DNA from: Planctomycetota bacterium
GTDB taxonomy: Bacteria; Planctomycetota; GCA-002687715; CAIWVZ01
Direction of reading: 5' to 3'
Assembly (NCBI GenBank): GCA_044222185.1
Contig: JBGANV010000001.1
Location: 224,001-288,000 of the forward strand
DNA: 64,000 nucleotides
Shown here: piece by piece, positions 39,724 to 50,500 of the stretch
How the letters are laid out: every line of letters begins with the position of its first letter
How positions within the stretch are numbered: position 1 is the stretch's first letter
Notes under the pieces: generated by a model
What the model was told of the DNA's origin: nothing
Databases searched by the model: none
The model's input: only the letters and a program-made list of their open reading frames with translations
Program-made: the position numbers and the translations under genes

Positions 39724-41112
39724 ATGAAAGCCTGGATGACATTTCGTGATCTCGGGAGGCGTTCCGCTGGCGTCGTCGCTTTGTGCGTTGTCGCCACTGT
39801 TTCCTCGGGCCAGGGCACGTGGAGTACGCCTCCCGGAGCCAGCCCGACACAGCGCCGCGGCGCGTCCCTCTGTGCAGTGAACGGTGTCATTTTCGCCATC
39901 GGGGGTGCGGCTCCCGGATCGACGTCGTCGGTGAACACAGTCGAGTCGTTCGATCCGTCGTCGAATGCGTGGACGCCTCGCCCGTCGCTGCCGATCGCGA
40001 GCCAACAGCTCGCGGCGGTGACGGTCGCGGGAAAGCTGTACGCGATCGGCGGCGGGAGCTGCTGCGCGCCGTCGAGCTCGGTTCAGATCTACGACTCGAC
40101 CTCCAACTCGTGGTCGGTGGCGAACGCCATGCCCACGGCGCGCTATGCACCGGGAGCTGCCGTCGCGAACGGCGTCATCTACGTGCTCGGTGGTGCTTCC
40201 GGGTTCGGGAACGCCTATACGAACCTGGAAGCCCTCGACACCTCGATCCCCAATGCGCCGTGGGTTCAGAAAGCCCCGTTGCCTGCGTACCGGGGAAACC
40301 TCGCGCTGGCGTCGGTGAATGGTCGCCTCTATGCGATCGGCGGTGCGACCCTCGGAGGGACTCTGGTCGCGACGACGGAGGCCTACGATCCGGCCACGAA
40401 CTCCTGGACGCCGAGGGCTTCCATGCTCACGCCGCGATCCTCGGCTGCTGCGATCGTGATCGGTGGACTGATCTACGTCATCGGCGGTGATACTCCGGTT
40501 GGAATCTCACCGGCCGTCGAGGCCTACGATCCGGACTCGAACACCTGGACTTCGCGGGCGCCGGTGCCGCTTCCGCTGTATGGGCGCAGTGGGACGGCCG
40601 TCGGGTCGGCGGCCTACGTCGCTGGAAACGTGATCCCTTACCCTGCGGGCGCACCGTTGACCGTCGAGCGCTTCGATCCTCTGGCCTACCCGGGGACCAA
40701 CGACGATTTCGCCATGACGAGCGCGCTCGGGCTGGGCCTTCAGACCAGCGGGCTTGGGCGGAACGTCAGAGGATGCTCGGGCGGAACGACGGTCACGGTC
40801 CACCTCGCATCCGCTGGCGGGGCCTTCAACTTCGCGCCACTCCTCCTGCTGGCTCAGCAATTCACCATCGGCTCGCCCCCGTCACCAATCGGCCCGAACG
40901 TCTGGGTCGGGACCACATTCACGACGATCCTCGGCGCAACCGCGGGCCCACTGGGGCCGATCCTGCTCAGTCCTGCTGGCATGGACCTTTCGTTCTCGGT
41001 GCCGGTCGGATTCGCCGGGTCGAGCGTGATCCTTCAGGCAGGCGTTCTGTCGGCCGGCGCGACGAACCACCTCTACGCGACGAGCGAAGCCCTCGAATTG
41101 CAGATCCGGTGA
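39724..41112 (+). CDS. Secreted Kelch-repeat protein with shared C-terminal domain
   Basis: Signal VVALCVVATVSSG; about six repeats G.(I/L)Y.IGG...(E).YDP..N.W. Confidence 0.88.
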   Translation: MKAWMTFRDLGRRSAGVVALCVVATVSSGQGTWSTPPGASPTQRRGASLCAVNGVIFAIGGAAPGSTSSVNTVESFDPSSNAWTPRPSLPIASQQLAAVTVAGKLYAIGGGSCCAPSSSVQIYDSTSNSWSVANAMPTARYAPGAAVANGVIYVLGGASGFGNAYTNLEALDTSIPNAPWVQKAPLPAYRGNLALASVNGRLYAIGGATLGGTLVATTEAYDPATNSWTPRASMLTPRSSAAAIVIGGLIYVIGGDTPVGISPAVEAYDPDSNTWTSRAPVPLPLYGRSGTAVGSAAYVAGNVIPYPAGAPLTVERFDPLAYPGTNDDFAMTSALGLGLQTSGLGRNVRGCSGGTTVTVHLASAGGAFNFAPLLLLAQQFTIGSPPSPIGPNVWVGTTFTTILGATAGPLGPILLSPAGMDLSFSVPVGFAGSSVILQAGVLSAGATNHLYATSEALELQIR

Positions 41113-41343
41113 GACTCACTCCCGCGGCGTGCTGGCGCGCCCCGCGGCGCGGCCTGTCGGGTCCGTCGATGGAACGCGTGGAACGGGGGGTGCGGCCCAG
41201 CGTGCTCCCACGGCCGTCGCGGGTGCGACGCGGCGGTCGGCCTGCCCTTTTCTTGACCCGACCCGATCCGGGCGAGCGCACTGAGGGGTTGTGACGCCGC
41301 CTTCTGCCGCGCCTTCCGTTGCGGCCGGGCTCCCGTCCGGAGA

Positions 41344-44300
41344 GTGAAAATGATTGGGATCGAGAGTGCTCGCGGGTCGCGTTGGGTGCGTACGAGTTTG
41401 CTGCTGGGGCTCGCGGTCATCCTTCGGGCCGAGGCCGTCGCCCAGGTCGCGCCGGCGGCCGTGCTCTTGGCGCCCGTGGCCATCGCCAGCGGTGCCGTCG
41501 GCAACCCCGCGCCTGGAACCCAGGTCGTCTGGTCCCAGACCGTGTCGATCCCGGGTGCGGCGACGATGCAGCTGCGGTTTGCGAACGTCAGCCTGCCGGA
41601 TCCCGCTGACGCGATCGTGGTCACGGGCGCTCTGGACGATCAAACCCAGGAGCTTCATGCCGACACCCTCGCGCAGTGGGGGAGCCGGAGCGCCTGGTTC
41701 AACGGGGACGTCGTCACGGTCTCCTTGTCCATCGCGTCAGGCTCCGTCGGGTCGGCGACGATCGTCGACGCGCTCGCCGTCGCTGGAACTCCCATTCCGG
41801 CCGTCGGGACCGACAACCAGTGCGGTCCGACCGACGATCGGACCTTGAGCAGCTCCGCTGCGGTGTTCCGGCTGATCCTCACCGACGGGACTTCGGTGGG
41901 CGGGTGCACGGGAACCGTCGTCAACAATTCCAACGTCTGCATCTCTGCCGGGCATTGCTTCGCCGCTTCTTCGCCGCTCACCGGGGTCGCGCAATTCAAC
42001 GTTCCCATGTCGAGTGGCACCGGCGTCATCAATGCTCCGCCGATCCAGCACCAATACCCGGTGGACATGAGCACGCTGCAATCCGAGAACGCGGGGGTCG
42101 GGTTGGACTGGGCGGCGTTCCGCCTCCACCCGAACAACTTGGGCCAGACGGCGTTCAGTCAGCAGGGCGCGAGGAATGCCGTGGCGACCACGATCCTCCC
42201 GGGGACGACGCTGCGCGTGACTGGCTACGGCACCGACACGACGCCCAACGCCACCTTCAACCAGGTCCAACAGACGGCCACCGGGCCGTTCGTCGGTTTT
42301 CTTGCGAACGTGATGACGTACCAGGTCGACACGGAGCCGGGCGATTCGGGCGCGCCAATCATTCGTGAGGCCACGGGCGACGTCATCGGAATTCACACGA
42401 CCGGTGGCTGCAACACTCCCGGGGCGGTGAATTTCGGAACGGCCATGTCCTACGCAGCGATCACGACGGCCATAGCGTCACTCACCGGCTGCGCGACGAC
42501 GAACCTCCAGAACAACTTCCCGGCGCAGTTCTTCTGCTGGACGCAGCTCTTCGTCGCCCCGACGAACGCGAGTCGATGGAACGTCGTCGCCGTCGGCAAC
42601 CTGCCCGGCGCCGATTGGGACGTGCAGGTGAACGGCGTCTTCTCCAGCTTCAACGGCAACTTCGCCGACTTCGTCATCTCCAACGGACATCTGGGAAGCG
42701 GGACCGCACCCGTCATCGGGTCGGCAGGTCACACGAGCGGCGCGAACGGCGCCGTACTCGAGTTCCAGGAGGCGGTACCAATCTTCCTTGGGTTGCCGAC
42801 GACCGTCACCTGGAACCCTGCGGGCGTCGTCGAGCTGTTCGAGTTCAACGTGACCATTCCGGGGACCTACAACATCTTCACGCACGGCGACGCGTCGCTG
42901 TTCTGGGACCTGTACGACCCGGGCTCGGGCTCCGAATGGCGTCCGCGAGGGGCGTCCGTCTATGGCCAGGTTGGCGCCGCGCCGGCCCTGGGAGTTTCGC
43001 TCAGCGCCGGATGGCACTGCCTCGTCGTCGTACGGGACCCGGGCCCTGGCCCGGTCACGGTGTCCGATCTGACGGTCGCGGTGTACCGAGCGAGCAACCA
43101 GTTGAACGTGAACCTCGTCGCGGGCGTGCCGGCGGGATCGGATCAGGCGTCGCTCTCCAGCACCTCGCGGTTCAGCCTGACACCGACGGCCGGAGTCTGG
43201 AATGCCGTCAGCGCCGCGTCGGCCGCATCGGATTGGAGCCTGTCGTTGGGCCCGGTGACGTCGCATTTCCCTCAGCCTTACAGCGACTTCGTCCTGGCGA
43301 ACGGGCACCTGGGCGCCCTCTCGCCGACGGACGGCCACGTCGATCGTGCGACAGGCTCCACGAGTCGCGTGCTCGAGCACGTCGTCGCGTCGGCGCTGAC
43401 GCCGGGCAACGTCGTCGAAACGTCGCTTCCCGCGGGCCACGTGATGGCGCTTTGGGAGTTCAACGTCCCGGCGACGGGTAACTACACGCTCTCCGTGCAA
43501 GGAAATCCGGGCCTCCTCTGGGACATCTACGGCCCCGGCACCGATGCGAGCTGGCGCCCGCGTGGCGCGATCTTCTACGGCACCGTGGGCTCATCGCCCA
43601 TGACGGGTGTTTCCTTGAGTCCTGGGGTCTGGGCGTTGGCCATCATTCGCGACGGCGGCGTCTCGACGAACGCGTTGCCGTACACGATCGACATCTGCCC
43701 CAGCGCGGCTCCGGTGGACTTCCCGCAGACCGGCGGACTGGTGTCGTTCAGCGGTCCGTGCATTCCCTTCATCATGCATCCGACGCCCGCGTCGGGCGCG
43801 AAGTGGAACGTGGTCGCCGTGGGATCCACGGCTTCGAACTGGGATCTGTCGATCGGTGCGGCGCTCGCGCACACGGGTACGGGCACGGACACCGAGTACG
43901 CGATCATGAATGGTCACAACGGACTGCCGTCCGTGTGGGAGGGGATGTTCTCGCGTCTCACGGGCGGAGCTTCCGCCGTCGGTCAGCACGTGAACGCGCC
44001 GACTCTCGCCGTCGGCGCCACGCTCTCGACGTCGCTGCCCGCAGGCGCCATCGTCGCCATGCACGAGTTCAACGTGACGGCGGCCGGCAACTACGACGTG
44101 GCGTTGCCCGGCGGTGCCGGTCTCACGTGGGATCTGTACGCGCCTGGCACGACGTCCGACTGGCTTGGTCGCGGCGGGTCGACGAACGTGACGTTCGGCG
44201 CGGTCGGCGGAGCTCCGCAGGTCGTCGCGCTCGGCGTCGGATGGCATGCGATCGTCGTCGTGAAGGATGGCGGGCCGTCAGCATCTTCGATTCCCTACTC

Positions 44301-46767
44301 GGTCTCCGTCTGCGCGAGCGCGACCACGCTGGCCTTCGGTTCTGGCGGCGGAGTTCAGTCCACCACGAACGCCACGTGTCAGCCGTTCACGATCACGCCG
44401 ACGTCCAACGCCTGGAACGTCGTCGCCGTCGGGGGTGGCGGCAACTGGGACATGAGCCTGGGTACGACTCAGAGCGCGTCACCCACGAACAACACGGATT
44501 TCGTCATCGCGAACGGACACAACGGCGCGATCGCGCCCACGTCGGGTGTCGTGACCAAGGCATCAGGCGCCGCGTTCGGCACGGTTCAGGCTGCGCCGGC
44601 AACACCGCTGACGATCGGCATTCCCCACGTCTCCACGCTTCCTTCCGGCTCGTTGATCGCATTGAGGGAGTTCTTCATTGCGTCGTCGGGTGTGTATCGA
44701 GTGACGACGGCGGGGGATCCCTCGCTGATCTGGGACATCTACACACCGGGTTCCGGCTCCAGTTGGATTCCGCGCGGCGCCCCGTTCTTCGGAACGCTCG
44801 GCAGCGCCACGCAGACTCCCACGCTCGGCGTCGGTTGGCACGCGATCACGGTCACGAAGGACACGGGGCCGGCGACGGCGCCGATGGCGTTCTCGCTGAC
44901 GATCTGCCCGAACTCGACTCCGCTGAATTTCCCCGCGGGGTCGGGTTCGGGGAACGTCACGACGAACTGCGCGCCGTTCACCGTGACGCCGACTGCGAAT
45001 CGGTGGGTGGTTGCTGGAGTCGGAGGGTCGACGTCGGATTGGAACATCGGCGCAGGCCTGGCGTACTCGCAGCGCGCGAACCCCGACGTGGACTTCGTCG
45101 TGGCCAACGGCCACAACGGTGCCGTCGCTCCCACGGAGGGGCTGGCCGTGCGTGCGTCCGGTGCGACCGCTGCGCGCGTCCAGGTGGCGACGGCTGCGGC
45201 ACCGGCAACGGTTCCCGCCACGATCCCCACCACCGTCGACGTGGTCGGCATCGTCGAGTTCACGATCCCGACTGCGGGCGTGTATGGGATCTTCGTCAGC
45301 GGCGCCCCGATACACACCGGGTTCGTCTTCGCCCCGGGGACGACGTCAGGGTGGCTGGCGCGAACCCAGTCTGCTGCGAGTTTCGTCGCGAATGCGAGCT
45401 GGCATTCGCTCACGTTCGCCGCCGGGACCTACGCGCTCGTGATCGTTCCCGATCAAGAGTCGACGGCCTCGCCGTTCTCCGTGAACGTGTCGATCGCACC
45501 CGAGAACCCGACGCCGACGGTGACGACACTGACGCCGAACTCCGCGCCCGTCGGCAGCCCGAACCTCGCGATCACGCTCTCAGGGACCGGGTTCTTGTCG
45601 TCGAGCATAGTGGCCTGGAACTCGACCCCGTTGTTCGCGCCGACGTCGGTCACGAGCACGAGTCTCACGGCGACGATCCCGGCGTCGTACCTGGCAGCGG
45701 TCGGTACGGCGTCGGTTTCAGTCTTCAACTCTGGCCCCGGCGGCGGTGAGTCGAACCTGCTCACGTTCACGGTGGCCAACCCCGCGCCCGTTCTCGCATC
45801 GATCACGCCGTCCACCACGACCACCTGCCCTGCGCTGACGACGCTGGGCCTGACCGGTTCGGCGTTCGTCGCCGGGAGTGTCGTCTCGATCGACAACGTC
45901 GCCGTCGCGACGACGTTCAACGGTCCGACGAGCCTCACGGCCAGCGTGCCACCGGCCGTGGCGTCGAGCGTGGGGCCGCACCAGATCACGGTCCAGTCTC
46001 CAGGCCCGGGCGGGGGGACGTCGGCGCCGCGGACGCTGACGATCGAGCCACTGAAGGTGCTTTCGGCCAGCCCGTCGAGCATGGCGGCGCTCGGACCGGC
46101 ATCGCCACCCATCACGATCCTCGTGACGGTGAACGCCAATCCGAACACCGTGGGGACGAACATGACGGTCTACGCGGGAGGCGCGGCCCTGGCGACCTCG
46201 CCGGTGGCCAACTCGAACTTCCTTCAGGCGGTGCTTGGACCGACCGTGGTCCAGGCGCAGATGCCGGGCGCACTCGCCATCGCAGTCCGGGGCTGTGGCA
46301 ATCAGTCGTCGAATGCCGTGCCGCTGCGCGTGGGCGCCGGTGGCTCCGCGAACAACCAGGGGCTGGTGGGACATCACCCACTCGCCGACCCGCTCGTCCC
46401 CGGCGCACCCTTCGACCTCGTGATCGAAGGCGGGGTCGTCGGCCAACCGTTCGTGCTGGACATCGACCCGGGCAACCCGCCTCCGCAGACCGGCTGGCCG
46501 AACGCCACGGCCAACATGGTGTACGCGCTCGGGTCGCCGGCGGAGCAGGTGATCCTGGACGGGCTCGGCTTCGTCGGACCACCTATGCCGTTCGCCGTGT
46601 TTTCTCCCGGCGGGAGCACGGCACCCGGCGGAGTCTTCGTTCTCCCGTCCATCGTGGCCCCGAGCCCTGCGGCGGGAGTCACCTTCACCATGCAGTGCTT
46701 CTTCCTCGATCCGGCGAGCCCCGCGGGATTCCGACTCGGGTGGCCACGTTATCTCATGGGGATCTGA
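41344..46767 (+). CDS. Large secreted trypsin-like serine protease with five ~200-aa repeats, IPT/TIG domains and shared C-terminal domain
   Basis: Signal LLLGLAVILRAEAVA; triad motifs SAGHC, LDWAAF, PGDSGAP; NP.P....TP Ig-like starts near 45505 and 45778; start 41344 or 41350. Confidence 0.88.
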   Translation: MKMIGIESARGSRWVRTSLLLGLAVILRAEAVAQVAPAAVLLAPVAIASGAVGNPAPGTQVVWSQTVSIPGAATMQLRFANVSLPDPADAIVVTGALDDQTQELHADTLAQWGSRSAWFNGDVVTVSLSIASGSVGSATIVDALAVAGTPIPAVGTDNQCGPTDDRTLSSSAAVFRLILTDGTSVGGCTGTVVNNSNVCISAGHCFAASSPLTGVAQFNVPMSSGTGVINAPPIQHQYPVDMSTLQSENAGVGLDWAAFRLHPNNLGQTAFSQQGARNAVATTILPGTTLRVTGYGTDTTPNATFNQVQQTATGPFVGFLANVMTYQVDTEPGDSGAPIIREATGDVIGIHTTGGCNTPGAVNFGTAMSYAAITTAIASLTGCATTNLQNNFPAQFFCWTQLFVAPTNASRWNVVAVGNLPGADWDVQVNGVFSSFNGNFADFVISNGHLGSGTAPVIGSAGHTSGANGAVLEFQEAVPIFLGLPTTVTWNPAGVVELFEFNVTIPGTYNIFTHGDASLFWDLYDPGSGSEWRPRGASVYGQVGAAPALGVSLSAGWHCLVVVRDPGPGPVTVSDLTVAVYRASNQLNVNLVAGVPAGSDQASLSSTSRFSLTPTAGVWNAVSAASAASDWSLSLGPVTSHFPQPYSDFVLANGHLGALSPTDGHVDRATGSTSRVLEHVVASALTPGNVVETSLPAGHVMALWEFNVPATGNYTLSVQGNPGLLWDIYGPGTDASWRPRGAIFYGTVGSSPMTGVSLSPGVWALAIIRDGGVSTNALPYTIDICPSAAPVDFPQTGGLVSFSGPCIPFIMHPTPASGAKWNVVAVGSTASNWDLSIGAALAHTGTGTDTEYAIMNGHNGLPSVWEGMFSRLTGGASAVGQHVNAPTLAVGATLSTSLPAGAIVAMHEFNVTAAGNYDVALPGGAGLTWDLYAPGTTSDWLGRGGSTNVTFGAVGGAPQVVALGVGWHAIVVVKDGGPSASSIPYSVSVCASATTLAFGSGGGVQSTTNATCQPFTITPTSNAWNVVAVGGGGNWDMSLGTTQSASPTNNTDFVIANGHNGAIAPTSGVVTKASGAAFGTVQAAPATPLTIGIPHVSTLPSGSLIALREFFIASSGVYRVTTAGDPSLIWDIYTPGSGSSWIPRGAPFFGTLGSATQTPTLGVGWHAITVTKDTGPATAPMAFSLTICPNSTPLNFPAGSGSGNVTTNCAPFTVTPTANRWVVAGVGGSTSDWNIGAGLAYSQRANPDVDFVVANGHNGAVAPTEGLAVRASGATAARVQVATAAAPATVPATIPTTVDVVGIVEFTIPTAGVYGIFVSGAPIHTGFVFAPGTTSGWLARTQSAASFVANASWHSLTFAAGTYALVIVPDQESTASPFSVNVSIAPENPTPTVTTLTPNSAPVGSPNLAITLSGTGFLSSSIVAWNSTPLFAPTSVTSTSLTATIPASYLAAVGTASVSVFNSGPGGGESNLLTFTVANPAPVLASITPSTTTTCPALTTLGLTGSAFVAGSVVSIDNVAVATTFNGPTSLTASVPPAVASSVGPHQITVQSPGPGGGTSAPRTLTIEPLKVLSASPSSMAALGPASPPITILVTVNANPNTVGTNMTVYAGGAALATSPVANSNFLQAVLGPTVVQAQMPGALAIAVRGCGNQSSNAVPLRVGAGGSANNQGLVGHHPLADPLVPGAPFDLVIEGGVVGQPFVLDIDPGNPPPQTGWPNATANMVYALGSPAEQVILDGLGFVGPPMPFAVFSPGGSTAPGGVFVLPSIVAPSPAAGVTFTMQCFFLDPASPAGFRLGWPRYLMGI
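42550..45495 (+). repeat. Five diverged intragenic ~600-bp repeats
   Basis: W(N/V)(V/A)V-type motif codons at 42577, 43198, 43804, 44413, 45004; each unit has D/EF/Y..NGH.G and EF...G.Y...(WD).Y.PG...W. Confidence 0.85.
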
Positions 46768-46911
46768 TGCCGGGTCTCGATCGCCGGTGCGGCGCGCGAT
46801 CGGACGGTCGTGGCCGGCGCTGCGACGGCCGTCGGACGCCCACGGTCAGGGGGGCTGCGGGCCGTCCTCGGCCGCGGCCCTCGCGTTCCTGTGGTAGAAA
46901 CGTCCCCACGC

Positions 46912-47553
46912 ATGAGCGTGGGAGTCGACAATTCGAGCCCGGATGGCGTTCCCGGGAATACCCGAGGCCGCGGCGCGCACGACCTCGCCGCGGTCGTCGC
47001 CACGATCACCCGATCGGGCGATCGTCTCTGCGCCGACGACATCCTGCCTGGGATCTATGCCGAGCTGCGACGCCTCGCGGCCGCACGACTCGCGCGGGAA
47101 CGCGACCCGAGGAGCCTCACGCCGACGGCCCTCGTTCACGAGGCCTATCTGCGCGTCGTCGCCGGACTCGGTGGCGTCGAGCCTTCGTGGAATGGGAAGG
47201 GCCACTTCTTCGCCGCGGCCGCGCTCGCCATGCGACGGATCCTCGTGGAGCGGGCGCGGCGCAAGCGGCGTGCGAACGATCCGGTCACGGTGTCGGGACT
47301 GGCGGCGCCAGATCCAGCGGAGGGGTTCGGCGGCGAGCGTGGCATCGACCTCGTGAGCCTCGACGAGGCGCTGAAGCAACTCGAGCGGGTGGACAAGCTC
47401 AAGCACGACATCGTGATGGCGCGGTACTTCGGCGGACTCACCGTCGATGGCGCGGCCGAGGTGCTGCGCATCTCGCCGTCGACGGTGAAGCGGGAGTGGA
47501 ATTTCGCTCGGGCGTGGCTTCTCGTTCGGATGGACGGCGAGGAAACGACGTGA
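46912..47553 (+). CDS. ECF sigma factor, TIGR02999 / ECF43-like
   Basis: IYAELRRLA, SLTPTALVHEAYLR, HFFAAAALAMRRILVERAR, RYFGGLT, TVKREWNFARAWL. Confidence 0.92.
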   Translation: MSVGVDNSSPDGVPGNTRGRGAHDLAAVVATITRSGDRLCADDILPGIYAELRRLAAARLARERDPRSLTPTALVHEAYLRVVAGLGGVEPSWNGKGHFFAAAALAMRRILVERARRKRRANDPVTVSGLAAPDPAEGFGGERGIDLVSLDEALKQLERVDKLKHDIVMARYFGGLTVDGAAEVLRISPSTVKREWNFARAWLLVRMDGEETT

Positions 47554-47583
47554 CGCGAATGCCGGACTCGCGCGAGGGTCATC

Positions 47584-50500
47584 ATGGGCCTGCGTGACGA
47601 GGAGGCGTTGTTCCACGAGCTCGTGGACCTCGCGCCCGAAGCGCAAAAGGTCCGCCTGGAACTCATCGACGACCTCGCACTTCGCGACCGACTGATCCGG
47701 CTCCTGCGTGCGTTCCGGAGCGAGGCGCTTCCCGACCCTCTCGGAGTCCCGCTCGAATGGCTGGGTGGAGACCCGGCTCCGCTGATCGGTCGATCCATCG
47801 GCGAGTATCGGATCGAGAGACTGCTCGGCCACGGCGGCATGGGCTCGGTCTACGTCGCGACCCAGGAACACCCCCGCCGGCGCGTCGCGTTGAAGGTCAT
47901 CGGGGCTGGCGTGCTCTCGCCGTCCGCGCGTCGACGGTTCTCCACCGAAGTGCAGGTGCTCGGCACGCTCAAGCACCCCGGGATCGCGCAGATCTACGAA
48001 GCGGGCGTTCACGATCTCGGGGGTGCGCCCCTTCAGTGGTTCGCCATGGAACTCATCGAAGGGGAGAGCCTCGTCGACTTCTGTCGGCGTCACGCGTGCG
48101 ACCACCGCCGGATCCTGGAGTTGTTCGCGCAGGTCGCGGAGGCCGTGGGGCACGCCCATGCGCGGGCGATCGTGCATCGGGATCTGAAGCCGTCGAACAT
48201 CCTCGTGGAGTCCGCGTCGGTGGATCGACCGGACCTCTCGGGTCGGGCGAAGGTCCTCGACTTCGGCGTGGCGAAGTCCATCGCGGAGCACGATGCGGCC
48301 GGCGCGACCGCAACCGGTGGCGTCGTGGGGACTCTCCAGTACATGAGTCCCGAACAGGCCGCGGGTCGACCGGACGTCGATTGCGCGAGCGACGTCTACT
48401 CTCTTGGCCTCATCCTCTTCGAGCTTCTGGCCGGCCGGCGAGCCTACGAGATCGAGGGACTCTCGTTCTCCGCGGCCGTGCGGGTGGTCACCGAGTCGCA
48501 ACCTCCGACGGTCCGGCGTTTCGACCGTGACGTGCCTGGCGACGTGGACGTCATCCTTCGCAAGTCGATGGACAAGGAGCCGGAGCGCCGCTACCCGAAT
48601 GCGTCGCACCTTGCAGCCGACATCCGCCGGTATCTGTCGAACGTGCCGATCACGGCGCGGAGTCCCACCGTCTTCTACCTCGCGTCGCGTTTTGCTCGCC
48701 GGCATCGGGCGCTCGTCATCGGCTTCGCGGCGACGGCTCTCGCGCTGGCGATCGGTGCGGCCGCGACCTGGTCGAAGGCCGTCGATCTCGATCGCGCACT
48801 CGAGAACGTCGCGGTCGAACGCGGCGTCAGCCGGCTGCGCGGATACGTCGGGTTGATCGCGACGGCCGATGGAGCCCTGGGCAACGGGGACGTGCGGGCC
48901 GCGCGCGCGGCCCTGGACGCGGCGCCGCCGGAGCTGCGGAACTTCGAATGGTGGGCGTTGTATCGACGGCTCGATCAGAGCGTTCGCACGATCACGCCCG
49001 GGCGGCCGACCTTCGGGCTGTTTGGCATGGCGGCGAACGGGAGCCAGATCTGCGGCGTCGGACCCAAGAATGGGTTACGCCGCTGGGACGCGGCGTCGGG
49101 AGCCGAGCTTTCGACGCTGCGGCCCGCGGTGGGTTCGATCCACGCCTGGGCGTCGGATTCCACGGGGCGGAGGTTCGCGTTCCTCACGGCCGAGCGTCGC
49201 GTGGCGGTGAACTCCGAGGATTCGGCGGAGGGCTCGCGCGAGATCCTGGGCCCTCAGCCCGACCTCGAGCAGATCGCGTGGCACGGGGACCGCATCGTCG
49301 TCGCCGGGGCGACGCGCGCGCTCGAGATCGACCCGGCCGCCGGCGCCACGCAGCGCCCACGCGCCATCGATCTGTCCGGTGGACTGCTTCTGCGTCTGAG
49401 CCCATCGATGGGTTGGATCGCCGTGCTCACGCCGGACCGGCGGTGGGAGGTCCGAGACGACCGCGGTGCGGTCGTGTTGTCCGACCCCACGTCGACGGGG
49501 GTGGCGCGCTACGCATGGTCTTCTGATGGCCGCATCTTCCTCGTCATCGACGGGGACGGCCGTGGTTCGACCTGGAACCTCGAGACGAGGCAGCGCGTGT
49601 CACGCGTCGCCCTTCCCGCCGAGCCATTCGCGTTGGAGTGGGTCGTGTGTCCCTCGGGTCGACAGGTCGCGTGCGTCGGGCCCAGCCAATCGATTCGCGT
49701 CTTCGACACCGCCGTGCTCCAAACGGCGGGAACGCGGTGGCTCGGGCACCGCGACGTCGTGGTCGGTGCGGGGTACTCGCGCGACGGATCGCTGTGGACG
49801 GCGTCTGGTGACCGGACGTTCAAGCGATGGCCGGCCTCGGGCGCGGACGTCATCTCGGGAACCGCCGGGACGGTGCAACCGGCGGACGGATCACTCGTCA
49901 CGGTCGGGAGCGACGGTGCCATCACACGATACGAGGATGGCGAGAGCCGGCTCCTCGCGCGGCTTCCGCAGGATGTTCGACCGTTTCTCGCGAGGCTGTC
50001 GCCCGATGCGAGCCACGTGTTCACGATCGGGGCGCCACGGCAGTCGGCGGCGGTCGTCTGGTCCGTGGATGGGCCACGACGCCTGCGGCAGCTCTCGATG
50101 CCGAGTGACTTCACCGCGTTGACTTCCACACGGGTGATCGAGTGGGACAGAGTGTCGTCGCTCTCGTCGTATCGATTGGACGCCCCGGGCACGCCCGAGT
50201 GGACGAAGCCCATCCAAGGCGCCTACCTCAACGCCGCGGCCGTCGACGCCACCGAGTCGTCTCTCGGTTTCGGTCTCGCAGGCGGCGCCTTCGTCGTTCT
50301 CGACGTGGCGACGGGCTCGGTCGTCCGAGCCTTCCCCGGCGTCGGGGGCGCGGTCACGGTTGGCTTCGCGTTCGATCGCCCGTCGTCTCGCATCGCCGTC
50401 GCGTACTCGGACCGGCTGATCCGCATCTGGAACCTGCGCACCGGGACGATCGACATCGTTCTGGAGGGCCACTCCATGGAGGTGTGCGGGCTCGCGTTCA

